Source: Amphiscolops sp. MND2022 (lineage: Eukaryota). From it: a DNA stretch of 64,000 nt. Where the stretch lies: positions 95,916,001-95,980,000 of the forward strand of contig OZ076409.1 of assembly GCA_964187785.1 (NCBI GenBank). Direction: 5' to 3'. The first letter of the stretch is position 1. The number at the start of each line of letters is the position of its first letter. Of this stretch, positions 43,886-57,039 are shown piece after piece. A program made the position numbers and the translations under genes. Below the pieces are notes generated by a model. It saw nothing but the letters and a program-made list of their open reading frames with translations. It was not told the origin of the DNA and did not search any database.

Positions 43886-45184
43886 TGTGATAATCCTCTC
43901 CTGTGCGGTCCTCATTTATGACCACTGAGTCATTTAGATCGATGTTTTGTATGCTCAAAGGTTGCATCGGCGTTCTTAGTTTGTTTAAATTAGATGGCCT
44001 GAAAGGATTACCCTGTATCTCACATTCTTGATTTTCTGGTTCAGATGCGTTTTCTTCACCGTCTTCATTACTTATGCATTTCATTTTCATTTTGTGTTCC
44101 ACTGTCTAGAGCTATTTCTTCGTCCCTAACTGAACTAACATTTTCAAAGTTACTTAAAGTTTCGATAACAGTTTCATTACCTTGTGATGTTTCTATTTCG
44201 GATGTGCTCAACTCTCCCTCTCGAGCGAGGGTGATTGTCCTCGTCTAGATCTTCTATTTCTCTTGTTACCCATTTTAGTCAGGTTAAAATGCTGTTTTGG
44301 AGAGAAGAATTTCAATTAGAATGATGAGCAAAGTAAAAATGGGTTGAAATAAAGTTGAAGCAAATGCACATAATGTTAAGTTATCAAAGTTGAAACAAAG
44401 GTTGTGAGGATGAAAAGAAAGGTCTGATCAGTCTGAAAATTTTCTGTTGAATGAATATTATTGGGTTTCTTACTCTCCTTTTTGATTTGGGCTAAATTTA
44501 GCAGCATGAAAACCAATTTTACGATTATGTAATTACTAAAAAGAGTACCCAATCTGATATAAAAATAGGTATGTAAGTTACATCACTACTATTAATAGAT
44601 TCCTGCATGACGAATATTTTCCTGCGTTTTGATTGGTCATCACACTAACTGTACCAATCCGTTCATCGTTAATGGGAAAATGTGGCAACACGTAGTATGA
44701 CTCATATGTAGTGCAAGTATTAATTCCAACATATTACTGCATGCGTGATCAGATTGCTATGATGAATCATACTCTCAAATGTCATGATTAAAAATATTAA
44801 AAATGTGAAATTACACTGCAATATGCTGCAAACTTAGTAAAGCAATTCAATTTAAATACTTAAGTCAGTATGCGTTAGTGTTACATAGAAGCCACGTATA
44901 ATTTATTCTTTTCACAAGAATTCGCTATAAACAGTATTATGCGTCAAACAAGTTATCACCATGTAACATCTGGTAAATCATTTATGAATGAGTGTTGTTT
45001 TACCAATCTGGCTAGCAACAATAGCAAACAAATTCAGACATAGCTGATAATCAAAAGTTATGTATAAATCCATACAATATAGGTTTCAAGAAGTGATGAG
45101 TTTTCTCTAAATTCACTGCAGATGGGTGAGTCATTTGCCTTCAATGCTGCATCGCGGATCCTACGCAAGCTCTAGGCTGCGACA
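43886..45184 (-). repeat. 3' LTR of element C
   Basis: Direct repeat of 49357-50666 with a few substitutions and indels. Confidence 0.93.
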
Positions 45185-46819
45185 GGCCAGCATTCTTGAA
45201 GCAAATGAGTGCTGCCTCGAACCCATCTAGATAGGCCCGTGATCTAATGTTTTTATCTCTCACTGTCTCGCCTGGGTATCCAGTCGTAGCTGTATAGGCC
45301 GCCAGAGCATCAAGAGCAACTTCGTCGTAAACAATTCTCGATGTCATCTTTCTTTTAGCTTGCAATTTTCCCGGCGATTTCATAGGAGACTCAGAGTTAT
45401 GCTCCTGTTTTTCATTTAAATAGCTCCATAACAAAATACATTTTGTGATTTCCGTTTATGGTGATAATCGTTTCAATTATCCCAACAAGAAAAAATTTTT
45501 TTCGCAGCTTCCATATATGGCGAATAGAAGCGCTGACTTTTCCATTCAAAGTGACAAAGGCACATTAAACTACTATAAACAAATATGAATGAAGCTTTTC
45601 ATGATGAATTTTAACAACCCGGGTTTTATTTTTTGAATTTTACAAATTTTATGAAATTTTCCATGCAATCTTAAATAAAATAACGAGTAAATCAGAAATG
45701 AAAAGTTTATGGGGACAAAGTTTCTGTATAATTGTGTTTTTAAACACTACAGAGTTTCTCAAAAGTTTAGGTTCACACTCATTTACTTTCTATATCCATC
45801 TCATATTGTTCATTTCGGCATCATGATGTCAACTGAATGATACACTGTTATCTTCATAGCAGTAAAGCGATGCATGGGGTCATGAGATGCTGTTTCTTTT
45901 TAGGTCAACACCAGTTCAAGTTGTACTGCAAGATGCTTTTCACTTTGCGCTTTTCTTCGAACTGCCACTAGGGGGCGACGCATCATGCGTATGTAAATGA
46001 ATTCGGTTATTCTGAATTTAGTACCAATTTCGCTGGCAGGTTTGATTGGTTTCCAAATATTTCAGCCAATCAGCGCGCAGTTTTTGCGCAAATATGGTAA
46101 TGTAATTTGTTCAGCCGGAAGCCACGCCGCATCTTTTGTTTGTTTATCGTATCAGTTTTGGTCAGTTTCAAAGTCGTTTTGTCGTCAAATTTCTCTAAAT
46201 TCTTCAATTCATCAAGTTTCCATTTTTATTTTGTAATCATAGTTTGTAGTTCAGCTTTCATTTCCAATCAGCAATTTCCTTTTGAATTCGTATTTACAAT
46301 TCCAATTTTATTTCTTGCTTCACTTGGTTATTTACCAAATGGTGCGTTCGCGTTCTTCTTCTTCCCGCAGGAAGGCAACCCCCCGCAGAAGAGAGCTGCA
46401 GTTGCGAGGAATCTCCGGTCATCCACTACTACTACATCATGCGGTAAGCTTGAATTTTGGTTGATTTTACTGATTGACCCAGACAGTACTTTTCTTTTCT
46501 TTGCGAATTCCGGATGATCTTCAACTTCCCCAAGCTTGACCCCTGTTGTGAGTCCTGTGGTTCAGCGCCTGACTGAAGTCCCGGTTATTCCTGATCGCGT
46601 GGTTTCGGGTTCAAAACAGAAGAAAAAGAGTAGTGCTAGTGTCCTCTAGAAAATAACTCATCTGTTCCCGCAAAGGACGGTTTTCTGATTTGTATTTAAG
46701 TACTTTTTTGTATTTACTATTTCATTTTAAAAGAAAAGAAGAAGATCAGAAGTATGAGGACTTGAGATTTGTTAGTCTTTGTTTTTAATATCTGTATGAG
46801 TCTGAAAAGTTAGGATTTG

Positions 46820-49744
46820 GGTTGGGTCGTAGATTGTATTTTTCACCACGTGTATTGATAGGGGTTTTCTTCTCAATTTATGGGGTTTTCTAAGCCGAAG
46901 AAATGTTTGAACCTCAACATTTTCTTGATTTTCATCTGTATTTCCTGGGGATTTTTCTGCATCAATAGTAGGGTTAGGTTGTAAGTCTTGTTGATTATCA
47001 ATTTCATCAATCTCATTTTCTGCATTTTCGGTTGGGGTTTCTTCATTAGGAACGGTAGTTTGTTCTACCGGGGCTCCCCCACTGTTTTTTGAAATTTCGA
47101 GGGAGGGTGGGCGGTTTATCGGTACAAATTCTTGTATGTCATCTTGTCCGTTATCTGGGAGTTCTGTGTCAAATGAATCTGTACCAAAGTTTGTATCCCA
47201 TGTGTGGGCATAAAGATCATCGTGTGTTACTATTATGTTGTCATCTTTTTGCCAATCTGTTTCTCTGACACAATTATCGGCTAGTGGTGCACTAGGTGTA
47301 AACTTCTTTAAACTTATTCAGTGTAACAGTTGTGTTTTTTTGTTCCTAGCCTTCGTACAATGTAATTATTGTTAGGTAGGACTTTTTCGACTTTGTGGGG
47401 ACCTATCCAACGGAATTCTCGAAACGGAATTTTCGTTGCTTGTGTATCTGCTTTTGGGTTCAGTATGTAGCAATAGTCTGTTGTAGTAAGAGATGCTGCT
47501 TTTGCAAGTAGTGGTGTTGATTGTCGTGTTGGAAGATTGTGTTCTGGTTTCAGTTGCATTGATAAATGCGGAAAAGTTAATACTCCTTGTCGAATGTCGA
47601 AAATGGCATTGTTCCTTTTTATGAAGCAAAGTCCAATTAGAGGATTGGGTAAGACTTTCATAACGATGAAATTTTCTTTGAACATAAAATCTGCCACTTC
47701 AAATGTTAGGCAGACTGTTCCGATTGGTGTTTCCAATTGTCCGTTTGCTACCATTATTTGAAAATTGGGTGCGGGACCTGTGTCTGTTATTGCTTCCGGT
47801 GCAAGGAGTTTGATTTTATTTAAATCTTGTTCCGATATTGCGCTCGTGAGAGCTCCAGTATCGATTAGACCGTCAAGTGTAAGCTTTTCAAAATCCATTG
47901 GAGAATAATACATATGGCGTTTGCTTTTTAGTGTCAGGTTGGTTGATAGAAGAAGCATTGGTATATCTGTTTCTTCTTTATTCGTAAGATGATTTTGAAT
48001 TTCATCATCTATGAGGGGTAATTTTTGTATTGATGCAGGTTCGGTTGGTATTTCAGATGGGTCTTGTGTTTGGAGAGGTTCAAAATTGGTTTTCGGAAGA
48101 GGTTCTGGTGAGTTTTGTGGTGAGGTTTCGTGTTCGAATTCAGACAGATTGTTTGGTATTTTTTCGTTACTTATGTCAAGGTGTGTGGTTATGTATCTGT
48201 CAGGGGCGTCTCTGTATATTTCATACAAATCGTCCTCTGATTCGTTTTGTTGAGTTCCTGGAGTCTGAGCGTCGGTGTGTTGTGTGAAAGTAATTATTTT
48301 TGTTGGGTGAGAAGTTGGATGCTGCCAGTCATCTTTCTCCTCTGATTTTGTGGGGCGTGGCTTTATTAGTTTAAATCCTTCGACGATGAAGGTTGTTGTC
48401 GGGATGCTTTCGTGTTAATATGTTTGTTGGAGTTTTTGTAATTTTCAATAAGTTTTTTCTGTGCTTCGGTTAGTGTCCACGTCGGGGGGCGACTTTCCAT
48501 ATTTGCTCCGAAGTAGCATGTTGGTTTCTCATGTCCTGGTGTGTTACAATGCGTACAGCGTATGGCATCAGGGTCTTCTTCCAGCTTACGACGTTTTGCT
48601 TGTTTAGCGCAGTCTGCTGCCTTGTGCCCTGTGTTTTTACAATAACGACATTGGTCATCTTGTAATGTATTGTTGGACACCGTTGTTGGTGTTTGTTGCT
48701 TCTTTTTTGTTGTTGCAGTTTTCTGCTGCGATGGTTTGTCTTTTGCTTGTTCGTTTATTACCGTCATTTGCGTTTTAACGCCAGTGTCTTCTGATTCGAG
48801 TCCATTTAATTCCATCTCACGTTCGAGATGTCGGATTATTTGTTCGTATGTTCCATTCTAAAGATAGGCTTGATTAATAGAACGTTTCAGGTGTGGTGGC
48901 ATTTTTGCATATAATAGACTTTCTATCATTTGTGATGCAGTGTCACCAAAGACTTTTTCGGCGCTTTCTTGTACTTCCTCAAAGAAATCTGGTAGTTTCT
49001 GGCGTTCCGGGTCAAAAATCAAGCGATGAAATCTATGCTTTGCGGACGCACTAGATTCGGGTTTGACATATTTTCTCCGGAACACTACCAGTATGTCTTC
49101 AAGCATAGTTGTTGGTGTTCGTTGGATGTTTTTGAGTGTTTTCAATGCTAATCTACGCAAACGAGCGTGAAAATTATTTATTTTCATTTCCTCAGGTAAT
49201 GCGGGTTGCATTCGAAGTGTTGTGTGGAAAAAATCTTTGCTATTTGGTTAACGGGGTCTTGCTGCATGTTGAGTGGTTCAGCAATCAGATGTTCATTGTG
49301 TGTTGTTGTATTGTTTGAGCTTCGACGATGAAGTGGTTTGGTAGCTCCTGTCACCATGTGATAATCCTCTGTTGTGAGGTCCTCATTTATGACCAATGAG
49401 TCATTTAGATCGATGTTTTGTATGCTCAAAGGTTGCATCGGCGTTCTTAGTTCGTTTAAATTAGATGGCCTGAAAGGATTACCCTGTATCTCACATTCTT
49501 GATTTTCTGGTTCAGATGCGTTTTCTTCACCGTCTTCAATACTTATGCATTTCATTTTCATTTTGTGTTCCACTGTCTAGAGCTATTTCTTCGTCCCTAA
49601 CTGAACTAACATTTTCAAAGTTACTTAAAGTTTCGAAACAAGTTTCATTACCTTGTGATGTTTCTATTTCGGATGTGCTCAACTCTCCCTCTCGAGCGAG
49701 GGTGATTGTCCTCGTCTAGATCTTCTATTTCTCTTGTTACCCAT
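46820..49744 (-). pseudogene. Element C gag-pol remnant (capsid, 2 CCHC knuckles, protease fused to integrase C-terminus)
   Basis: Frameshifted pieces: CRYCKNTGHKAADC, CTHCNTPGHEKPTC, LIDTGA, then directly FRWIGPHKVEKVLPNNNYIV. RT, RNase H and integrase core are absent (junction ~47500). Confidence 0.88.
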
Positions 49745-50666
49745 TTTAGTCAGGTTAAAATGCTGTTTTGGAGAGAAGAATTTCAATTAGAATGATGAGC
49801 AAAGTAAAATTGGGTTGCAATAAAGTTGAAGCAAATGCACATTTATCAAAGTTGAAACAAAGGTTGTGAGGATGAAAAGAAAGGTCTGATCAGTCTGAAA
49901 GTTTTCTGTTGAATGAATATTATTGGGTTTCTTACTCTCCTTTTTGATTTGGGCTAAATTTAGCAGCATGACAACCAATTTTTGGAATGTCACGGTTACA
50001 TTACGATTATGTAATTACTAAAAATAGTACCCAATCTGATATAAAAATAGGTATGTAAGTTACATCACTTCTATAAATAGATTCCTGCATGACGAATATT
50101 TTCCTGCGTTTTGATTGGTCATCACACTAACTGTACCAATCCGTTCATCGTTAATGGGAAAATGTGGCAACACGTAGTATGACTCATATGTAGTGCAAGT
50201 ATTAATTCCAACATATTACTGCATGCGTGATCAGATTGCTATGATGAATCATACTCTCAAATGTCATGATTAAAAATATTAAAAATGTGAAATTACACTG
50301 CAATATGCTGCAAACTTAGTAAAGCAATTCAATTCAAATACTTAAGTCAGTATGCGTTAGTGTTACATAGAAGCCACGTATAATTTATTCTTTTCACAAG
50401 AATTCGCTATAAACAGTATTATGCGTCAAACAAGTTATCACCATGTAACATCTGGTAAATCATTTATGAATGAGTGTTGTTTTACCAATCTGGCTAGCAA
50501 CAATAGCAAACAAATTCAGACATAGCTGATAATCAAAAGTTATGTATAAATCCATACAATATAGGTTTCAAGAAGTGATGAGTTTTCTCTAAATTCACTA
50601 CAGATGGGTGAGTCATTTGCCTTCAATGCTGCACCGCGGATCCAACGCAAGCTCTAGGCTGCGACA
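49357..50666 (-). repeat. 5' LTR of element C
   Basis: Direct repeat of 43886-45184; contains the gag start codon (49744). Confidence 0.93.
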
Positions 50667-51997
50667 ACATTGTATTTGGGGAATAAGGACTAAAATGGAG
50701 ACCTAGTAGGTCAAACATCATCCAAATCCTCTGTAAACGGTGACAAAACACGGGGATAAGCCCCAATAACATTACAGTTCAGAGTTGGTCATCAGTCTGG
50801 CCTCCGGCATCATTCCTCATCTTCCGGGCACAATGGTCTCATTTGGCATTTTTCTGCCGAAACCCTGTCTTTTTGCAGTCAGATGGCACAATTCCTGATT
50901 CTCTCGTCTTCTGGGTGATGACATGTCGGACATTCACGTTCCTGGATGGGGGTGGGGTGTTTTTTTGCACTCTCTTTTTCAATTTCAAGTACCTGTCAGG
51001 TCGGCCATCTGGAATGTGCTTGTTTGATACCGCACATTTCGAATTTTTGATCGAAGTTTTCGAAAACTTCTGCAACGTCCCTTGCCTGACGTTATATAAT
51101 GATTTGAATCGAGATTTTTTTTTGATATCAGGAGTACGTTTTATGGAAGGAATATTGTAATATTGATGATGGCAACTAGCAGTCGCGATAGTACAAAATC
51201 TTGTATCTCAGTGGCTTACCAAACGGGTTTCATCGCAATACTGTTTTCGCATCCTGTCACGTGACTGTATTAACCAATCGTAGCGCATTTCTTGATTGGT
51301 GTGACCTAGCGCAGCTGGTGATCTACTGCTTTGAGGTGGATAACATAACCTGCACGTTTCCGTTGTTATGACAACTGCATATTTGAAGTTATATTTGAAA
51401 TATTTGTAAAAGATTAATCATCACCAACGACTGTAATCATCGGTAATTAAAAATACTCCTGTATGTCAATTGGTAATATCACAAGGTCTACTTGGCAAAT
51501 ATATGAAGATATACAGTACTGACGACTGGTCGTTCCAGGCATACTTGCATGTTTAGTTAGGTAAAGAATAAAGACGAGCATCAAAACGATAGACATATTT
51601 CACAATTGGTTGAACAATATAATTATGGAAGAAGAATGGTATGATGATTGACTATTTCAGTCGTAGTTGAAAATGGTTGTGTGTAGTTCAGTCATGTGTA
51701 GTCAAAAGTATCTTAGTCCTGAGGAAAATGGGCTCTGAATCTTTACTTTTTTTCCTAACTCAAAAGACAGAAACCTTTCATGAAAGTTGGAAAATCCAAA
51801 AAAAATCTAAAAATGGCAAAGAATCCAAAGAATGAATTACTTGGTCTGAAATAGTTTGGTAGATCATGTAAAATGTAGAAATTTCGAAAGTAGGACTTTA
51901 CACCTGACTATATAAAGTCGAACAACACCACAACCAAAACTCGTTTCCATTTGTCTGAGATTTTGCTTCAGGTCGATTTTTGTTAAATTTCGAAATA

Positions 51998-53589
51998 TTT
52001 TGACCAAAACAGGCCATAAAATAATGAGTCTAGAACTTTTTGATCAAACTCTATGAAAACTCAAAAGTAGTGTTTTAAAGAACTGCATTCAAAGTGTGTT
52101 TTTAGTCGGCGCTTTTTTAGTGAAAACAGCCCGACTAATACTGTGGCTAGTTTTTTTTTCTTTTTTTCGTCTGACTACAATCTCACTCTGATTGGTCCAC
52201 TTTTCTTACAAAAGAAACTAATAAAACTACTAAGGCCATAAGGCCAAGTGCGGTCAGTGGAAATTAGTGCAAAAGGGTCCCCCCTTCATTTTTTACTTTT
52301 TAACGTAACCAACAAAATCGGACGAGACTAAAGGGTCCATCCCCTTTACGATTTTCGGCATTGTGCGACTTTTTTTGAAAATTTTTTAACGTCTCAAAAG
52401 AGTTTTCTGATATTTTGCAACAGAATATATGTTAATAAAGTCCAGAGGGTCCCCCCTTTTACATTTTTGGCACTATGCGACATTTTCTGAAATAAAAAAT
52501 TTTCAAAAATTTCAAGTTTTCTCAAAAAAAATCTTTTGCGCTTTTTTAGCCTTAGATACTGCGCCGACTTTAGACGTTCCCGTCTTGTTTCAACTACTCA
52601 AGTCTTTATAAGGATTCAGTCATTAGATTTAAATTTTCATTGAAGATGAAGCTTTTATTTTATTGTATTTTAGTGTGACTTTTTATGGATTAAAAGATAA
52701 ATTATAGCTTTAACGAGTGTCCTCTAGGTCCTCGTTTCTGTTCAAGTCTCTGAGAGCCCCTTTCTTGAACTGCTTCTGTTATTTACGATTTAGTTTTGAC
52801 CAAAACAGGCCATAAAATAATGAGTCTAGAACTTTTTGATCAAACTCTATGAAAACTCAAAAGTAGTGTTTTAAAGAACTGCATTCAAAGTGTGTTTTTA
52901 GTCGGCGCTTTTTTAGTGAAAACAGCCCGACTAATACTGTGGCTAGTTTTTTTTTCTTTTTTTCGTTTGACTACAATCTCACTCTGATTGGTCCACTTTT
53001 CTTACAAAAGAAACTAATAAAACTACTAAGGCCATAAGGCCAAGTGCGGTCAGTGGAAATTAGTGCAAAAGGGTCCCCCCTTCATTTTTTACTTTTTAAC
53101 GTAACCAACAAAATCGGACGAGACTAAAGGGTCCATCCCTTTTACAATTTTCGGCATTGTGCGACTTTTTTTGAAAATTTTTTAACGTCTCAAAAGAGTT
53201 TTTTGATATTTTGCAACAGAATATATGTTAATAAAGTCCAGAGGGTCCCCCCTTTTACATTTTTGGCACTATGCGACATTTTCTGAAATAAAAAATTTTC
53301 AAAAATTTCAAGTTTTTTCAAAAAAAATCTTTTGCGCTTTTTTAGCCTTAGATACTGCGCCGAATTTAGACGTTCCCGTCTTGTTTCAACTACTCAAGTC
53401 TTTATAAGGATTCAGCCATTAGATTTAAATTTTCATTGAAGATGAAGCTTTTATTTTATTGTGTTTTAGTGTGACTTTTTATGGATTAAAAGATAAATTA
53501 TAGCTTTAACGAGTGTCCTCTAGGTCCTCGTTTCTGTTCAAGTCTCTAGGGAGCCCCTCTCTTGAACTGCTTCTGAATTTACGATTTAG
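51998..53589 (+). repeat. 796-bp tandem duplication (51998-52793 / 52794-53589), each unit holding a HINE copy and the first ~85 bp of the adjacent solo LTR
   Basis: Near-identical units read directly; HINE copies at 52099-52589 and 52895-53385. Confidence 0.93.
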
Positions 53590-55143
53590 GGCTTCTTCGG
53601 ATATACACCCCAGTCTTCTCGCCGGGACATCGCACCTTCTGTTAGATATCTGTCCTTGTCCGGACCTTAGAGTAGCCTGGATTTGAGGCAGAACTTGTTC
53701 ATTTATTGCCTCATTTGTGGCTCCTTGTGTTTGTGAACTCACACTACTCAAAAGGTCACTCAGTGCTTGAGCGATTCTCTCGTTTAATTCCCCAGACAAC
53801 CTATTGATTTCACTGCTTGAATCGACTTTTCCTGAATTTCGGTCGTTTCCGGCATAGCCCCTGATCTCATCTTCTCTAAAGTTAGAGTGAGAATTCGCAT
53901 CATGGTTCACCAACGTGTTATAGCTAGAACGTTCGGGCCTTCTAACAGAGTTACCAAAATCGCTCACCTCATTTTCAGGGTTATTTCTTCCTAGCATTAT
54001 GTCGAGATTTTCAGTATCTGATAACATTTCTGTTCCTTTAGATTTGCTAGCATTCTTCTGTTTTCTCGTGATAGGCAATAATAACATCCGATGTTAATAT
54101 TTCATTTATATCGGAAAACAGCTACTTTCAAAACAGGTTCAAACGGTAGGAAGTTTGTAACAATTCTGTTTCTGATTCAAAGGATTACAGGTATTTATAC
54201 TCCTTGAGGCATGACTCTCACATTTTTTACATTCCACTCATTATTAGGTTTAGCATATTCTCGGTAATAAACCCCTTGAACGACACCAGATCGTTGATAG
54301 TATCCTGCATCAAAGAACATTGGAATCTCAAAGTAGCATCAGCAAAATGTTTCAAACACATTTCCGATTGGAAAGTCATCGAATTATGAACAGCGAAATT
54401 ACAACAAAACATTCATAACAATCAAAGTACTTTAAGTACTTAACATCAACATGCCGAATGCGGCCATTAAACAAACGATCAGCCATCCAATACTGGCCGG
54501 AATAGGCCCGGGGCCTTTTACTTGTATTCATGGCCCTAATCTATTAATAAGCATCTCAAGTATCATTACTAATAGTTCTCATTCATAAAAGGGGTATTGT
54601 ACTTGAAACATTCAAACATATATTACCATCAACAGATTAATAGCGTCTCGAGCAATTAGCATTTTCTTGGCCGGAACCGGCCATTCACCTGACTTTCATT
54701 ATTGCACAGGCAGAATTTGGTTAAATGGCCGCAACCGGCAAGAAATAGTTTTACGCGGTAGCACAAATAATGAGTTGCGATTGGTTGAGAACATAATTTT
54801 GAGCATCGTTGCAGCAAAAGTACAGAAACGCATTTGAACTCGTTTCGGTATTGCTTCGCAGTCAACTTTTCTTTCCTTGCTTTGTATCTACTCGAATACA
54901 TTTACAATAACTTGAACAATCCAGCAACGTTAACGACTAATCTGAATATTTAAATCTAACAATAATATATAAAGGTAGCAACATTGAAAATGAGATAGTT
55001 TCCTTGTTATTGTAAAAATTCTAGTTTTCTTTATTAGCGGGTAGGGTTCTTACTTCATTAAATAGGCAGCGTTCCGGGTACGATTTCTTGCCCAGTTGCT
55101 GATGTCGTAAGCATCGTCCCGTCACAAGCGGCAGCCTGCGACA
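53505..55143 (-). mobile_element. Solo Gypsy LTR (TGTCGCA family, 1.64 kb) containing a gag N-terminal ORF
   Basis: Minus TGTCGCAGGC...CTCGTTAAA (terminal CA mutated); 5-bp TSD ATAGC (53500-53504 / 55144-55148); 193-aa ORF 54087-53506 (PITRKQKNASKSK...EDLEDTR) runs to the LTR end. Confidence 0.85.
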
Positions 55144-57039
55144 ATAGCTGAAATAAGAATATAATTCCGATAGAACGCTAACAAATCAGACACAAGGCAT
55201 TCGATCCGAACTGTTTCGTGCGTTTACGAAAGTGCTGCAAAATGATCCGTTTCATCTTGATTTTTTTTGAAAGTCAAGATACTTTTTGTATGGTCCAAAC
55301 GGTTTTCATTGCGTCGTTTGACGTTTTGTAGTTATATGGTATCGGGAAGAACCAAAAAATTTCACAACTGAAAAAAAAGAGAAAAAACAGCTATTGGGTT
55401 ATTCAGTTCATTTTGAGCCTTGAGTAGCTAATTGTTAATTTCTTAAGAGCTTGTACTTTCACTAGAAAATACCAAAAACGTGGAAAATTGCGTTGTTGAA
55501 TTTTTTGAAGTTATTCGCAGTTCGCAAAGAGCGCTCTCATTTAATATACCCTCATAGTTGTATATGTTGGGAAATGTTTTCCTTCCATGCATTCAAGGGG
55601 AATGCTTTTACATAACATGGAAAGTTCCGGTAAGCCTTCTAGGAAAAACTTTGTTGGATTAAAATGCAACGTTGACTGTTCGAATGAAAACTAATAGTAC
55701 TTTTACCTTTTCGCTGTCTTTGTTTTCACACTTCAGGTCTCAAGTAGTCGATATCAGCTCGAAATCTCCCAAGTTAAAATATCCTTGATTAAAATAAACT
55801 TGGTTAAAGTTAAAAGCTCCTAGGCTAAAATATCCTAGCTTGAAATGTCCTAAATTAGAGAATCGTGATTAGCTACGTCTAAATACCGACAGTACCTAAA
55901 TATAGGAGCGAAGCGAAGCGACGTGCCACTACTGTTCCAGTCGCTGGTTTTGACGAAGGCCGACCTGGAGTGTGGATTACAAACGTAAGGCTCCTCATTG
56001 AACTAATCAAAAAAATTCGAAAAAATTGGTTTTTCCTTGCAATAGTTCAGAATCGCAAAATTTTACAATAATGAAAAATGAAAAAGAACTTCGAAGCATT
56101 TTTTTCAAGCAAACTCAGTTTTGTTTGAGAAAGTTATAATTCTAGGCATTCGAATCGAAACGTGTTCACCGGTCAATATTTTCACTCTGCATTTTCCCAC
56201 GGAACGAAAAAAATACTTTATCTATTTTGGACTCTAAATAATTGAAAAACTTTGAAACTTTATTGATTTTTCTTCAAAAGCTTTCAGTAGAAAATGTGTT
56301 AAGTCTTCTAGAGTAGATGATTATTTTGCAGTCTCTTAAATTCAAGTTCATTGCTAAAAGCACGAAGCAGGTTGCTTCCATCATATTAGGCGTTTTGGAC
56401 CATATACGCCGAATTTATTAGAAACCTCCAGAAATGCAGCTTTGCCAATTTTTATTTGTTTGTTTTCCCGTCCGAGCTGATTATAAACTTTCAAAACATC
56501 ACCTGCTTTGAGACGATTCCTCAGAAATTTCGGAATTGAGAAAAACGGCAGTTTTCAAAATAAAAAAAAACAGTTAGAAAGAACTTTTTCAGGCTCTGGT
56601 AAAATGTTCGATCATAAGCACGGTTGTCCACGTTGTTTATTTATCCCGTTACAACAGGAGAAAAAGTTTACCCAAAAATGTATTCGTGCTTTGCAGAAGA
56701 CAAATATTATTCTTTTTTTTTCACATGAATCTATGAAATAAATTTTATTCGAATAAACTCGAATCAGAACTTCTGAGATTTCCATGTAATTTCATACATG
56801 GAACCATTTGATCGCCGGCCCGTAACGTCCATGCTTTTCATAACATTCCATTCTTGTAATCAAATAGTTCCATACAAGTTGATGTTTTGCGACAATTTCA
56901 TAAATAGTTCCAAATATCGAATCGCATGGACTTCCATGTGGTTTTGAAACTAGGGTGGGAAGCCTCGAGAGCAAAGATAGCACAAAAATTTTGAAATCAA
57001 CCTAGATTTCGTTGCCGCTTTTTGGAAGTTTATCAATGT

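Larger units (their letters stand above)
43886..50666 (-). mobile_element. Internally deleted (non-autonomous) Gypsy element C, TGTCGCA family
   Basis: ~1.3-kb LTRs at 43886-45184 and 49357-50666 (TG..CA); 5-bp TSD ACATT (43881-43885 / 50667-50671); PBS TGGTGACAGGAG immediately after the 5' LTR. Confidence 0.93.
43583..51096 (-). mobile_element. Solo LTR of family B (~728 bp), split by nested element C (43583-43885 + 50672-51096)
   Basis: First 300 bp are highly similar to the 59422 LTR. The remainder resumes after the insertion and ends gacgttata (cf. gacgttaca). Flanks taa|...|taa. Confidence 0.85.

Noticed and set aside
55880..56000. agcgaagcgaagcga motif as the end of another rolling-circle element
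   Set aside because: Single occurrence with no partner end in the window.
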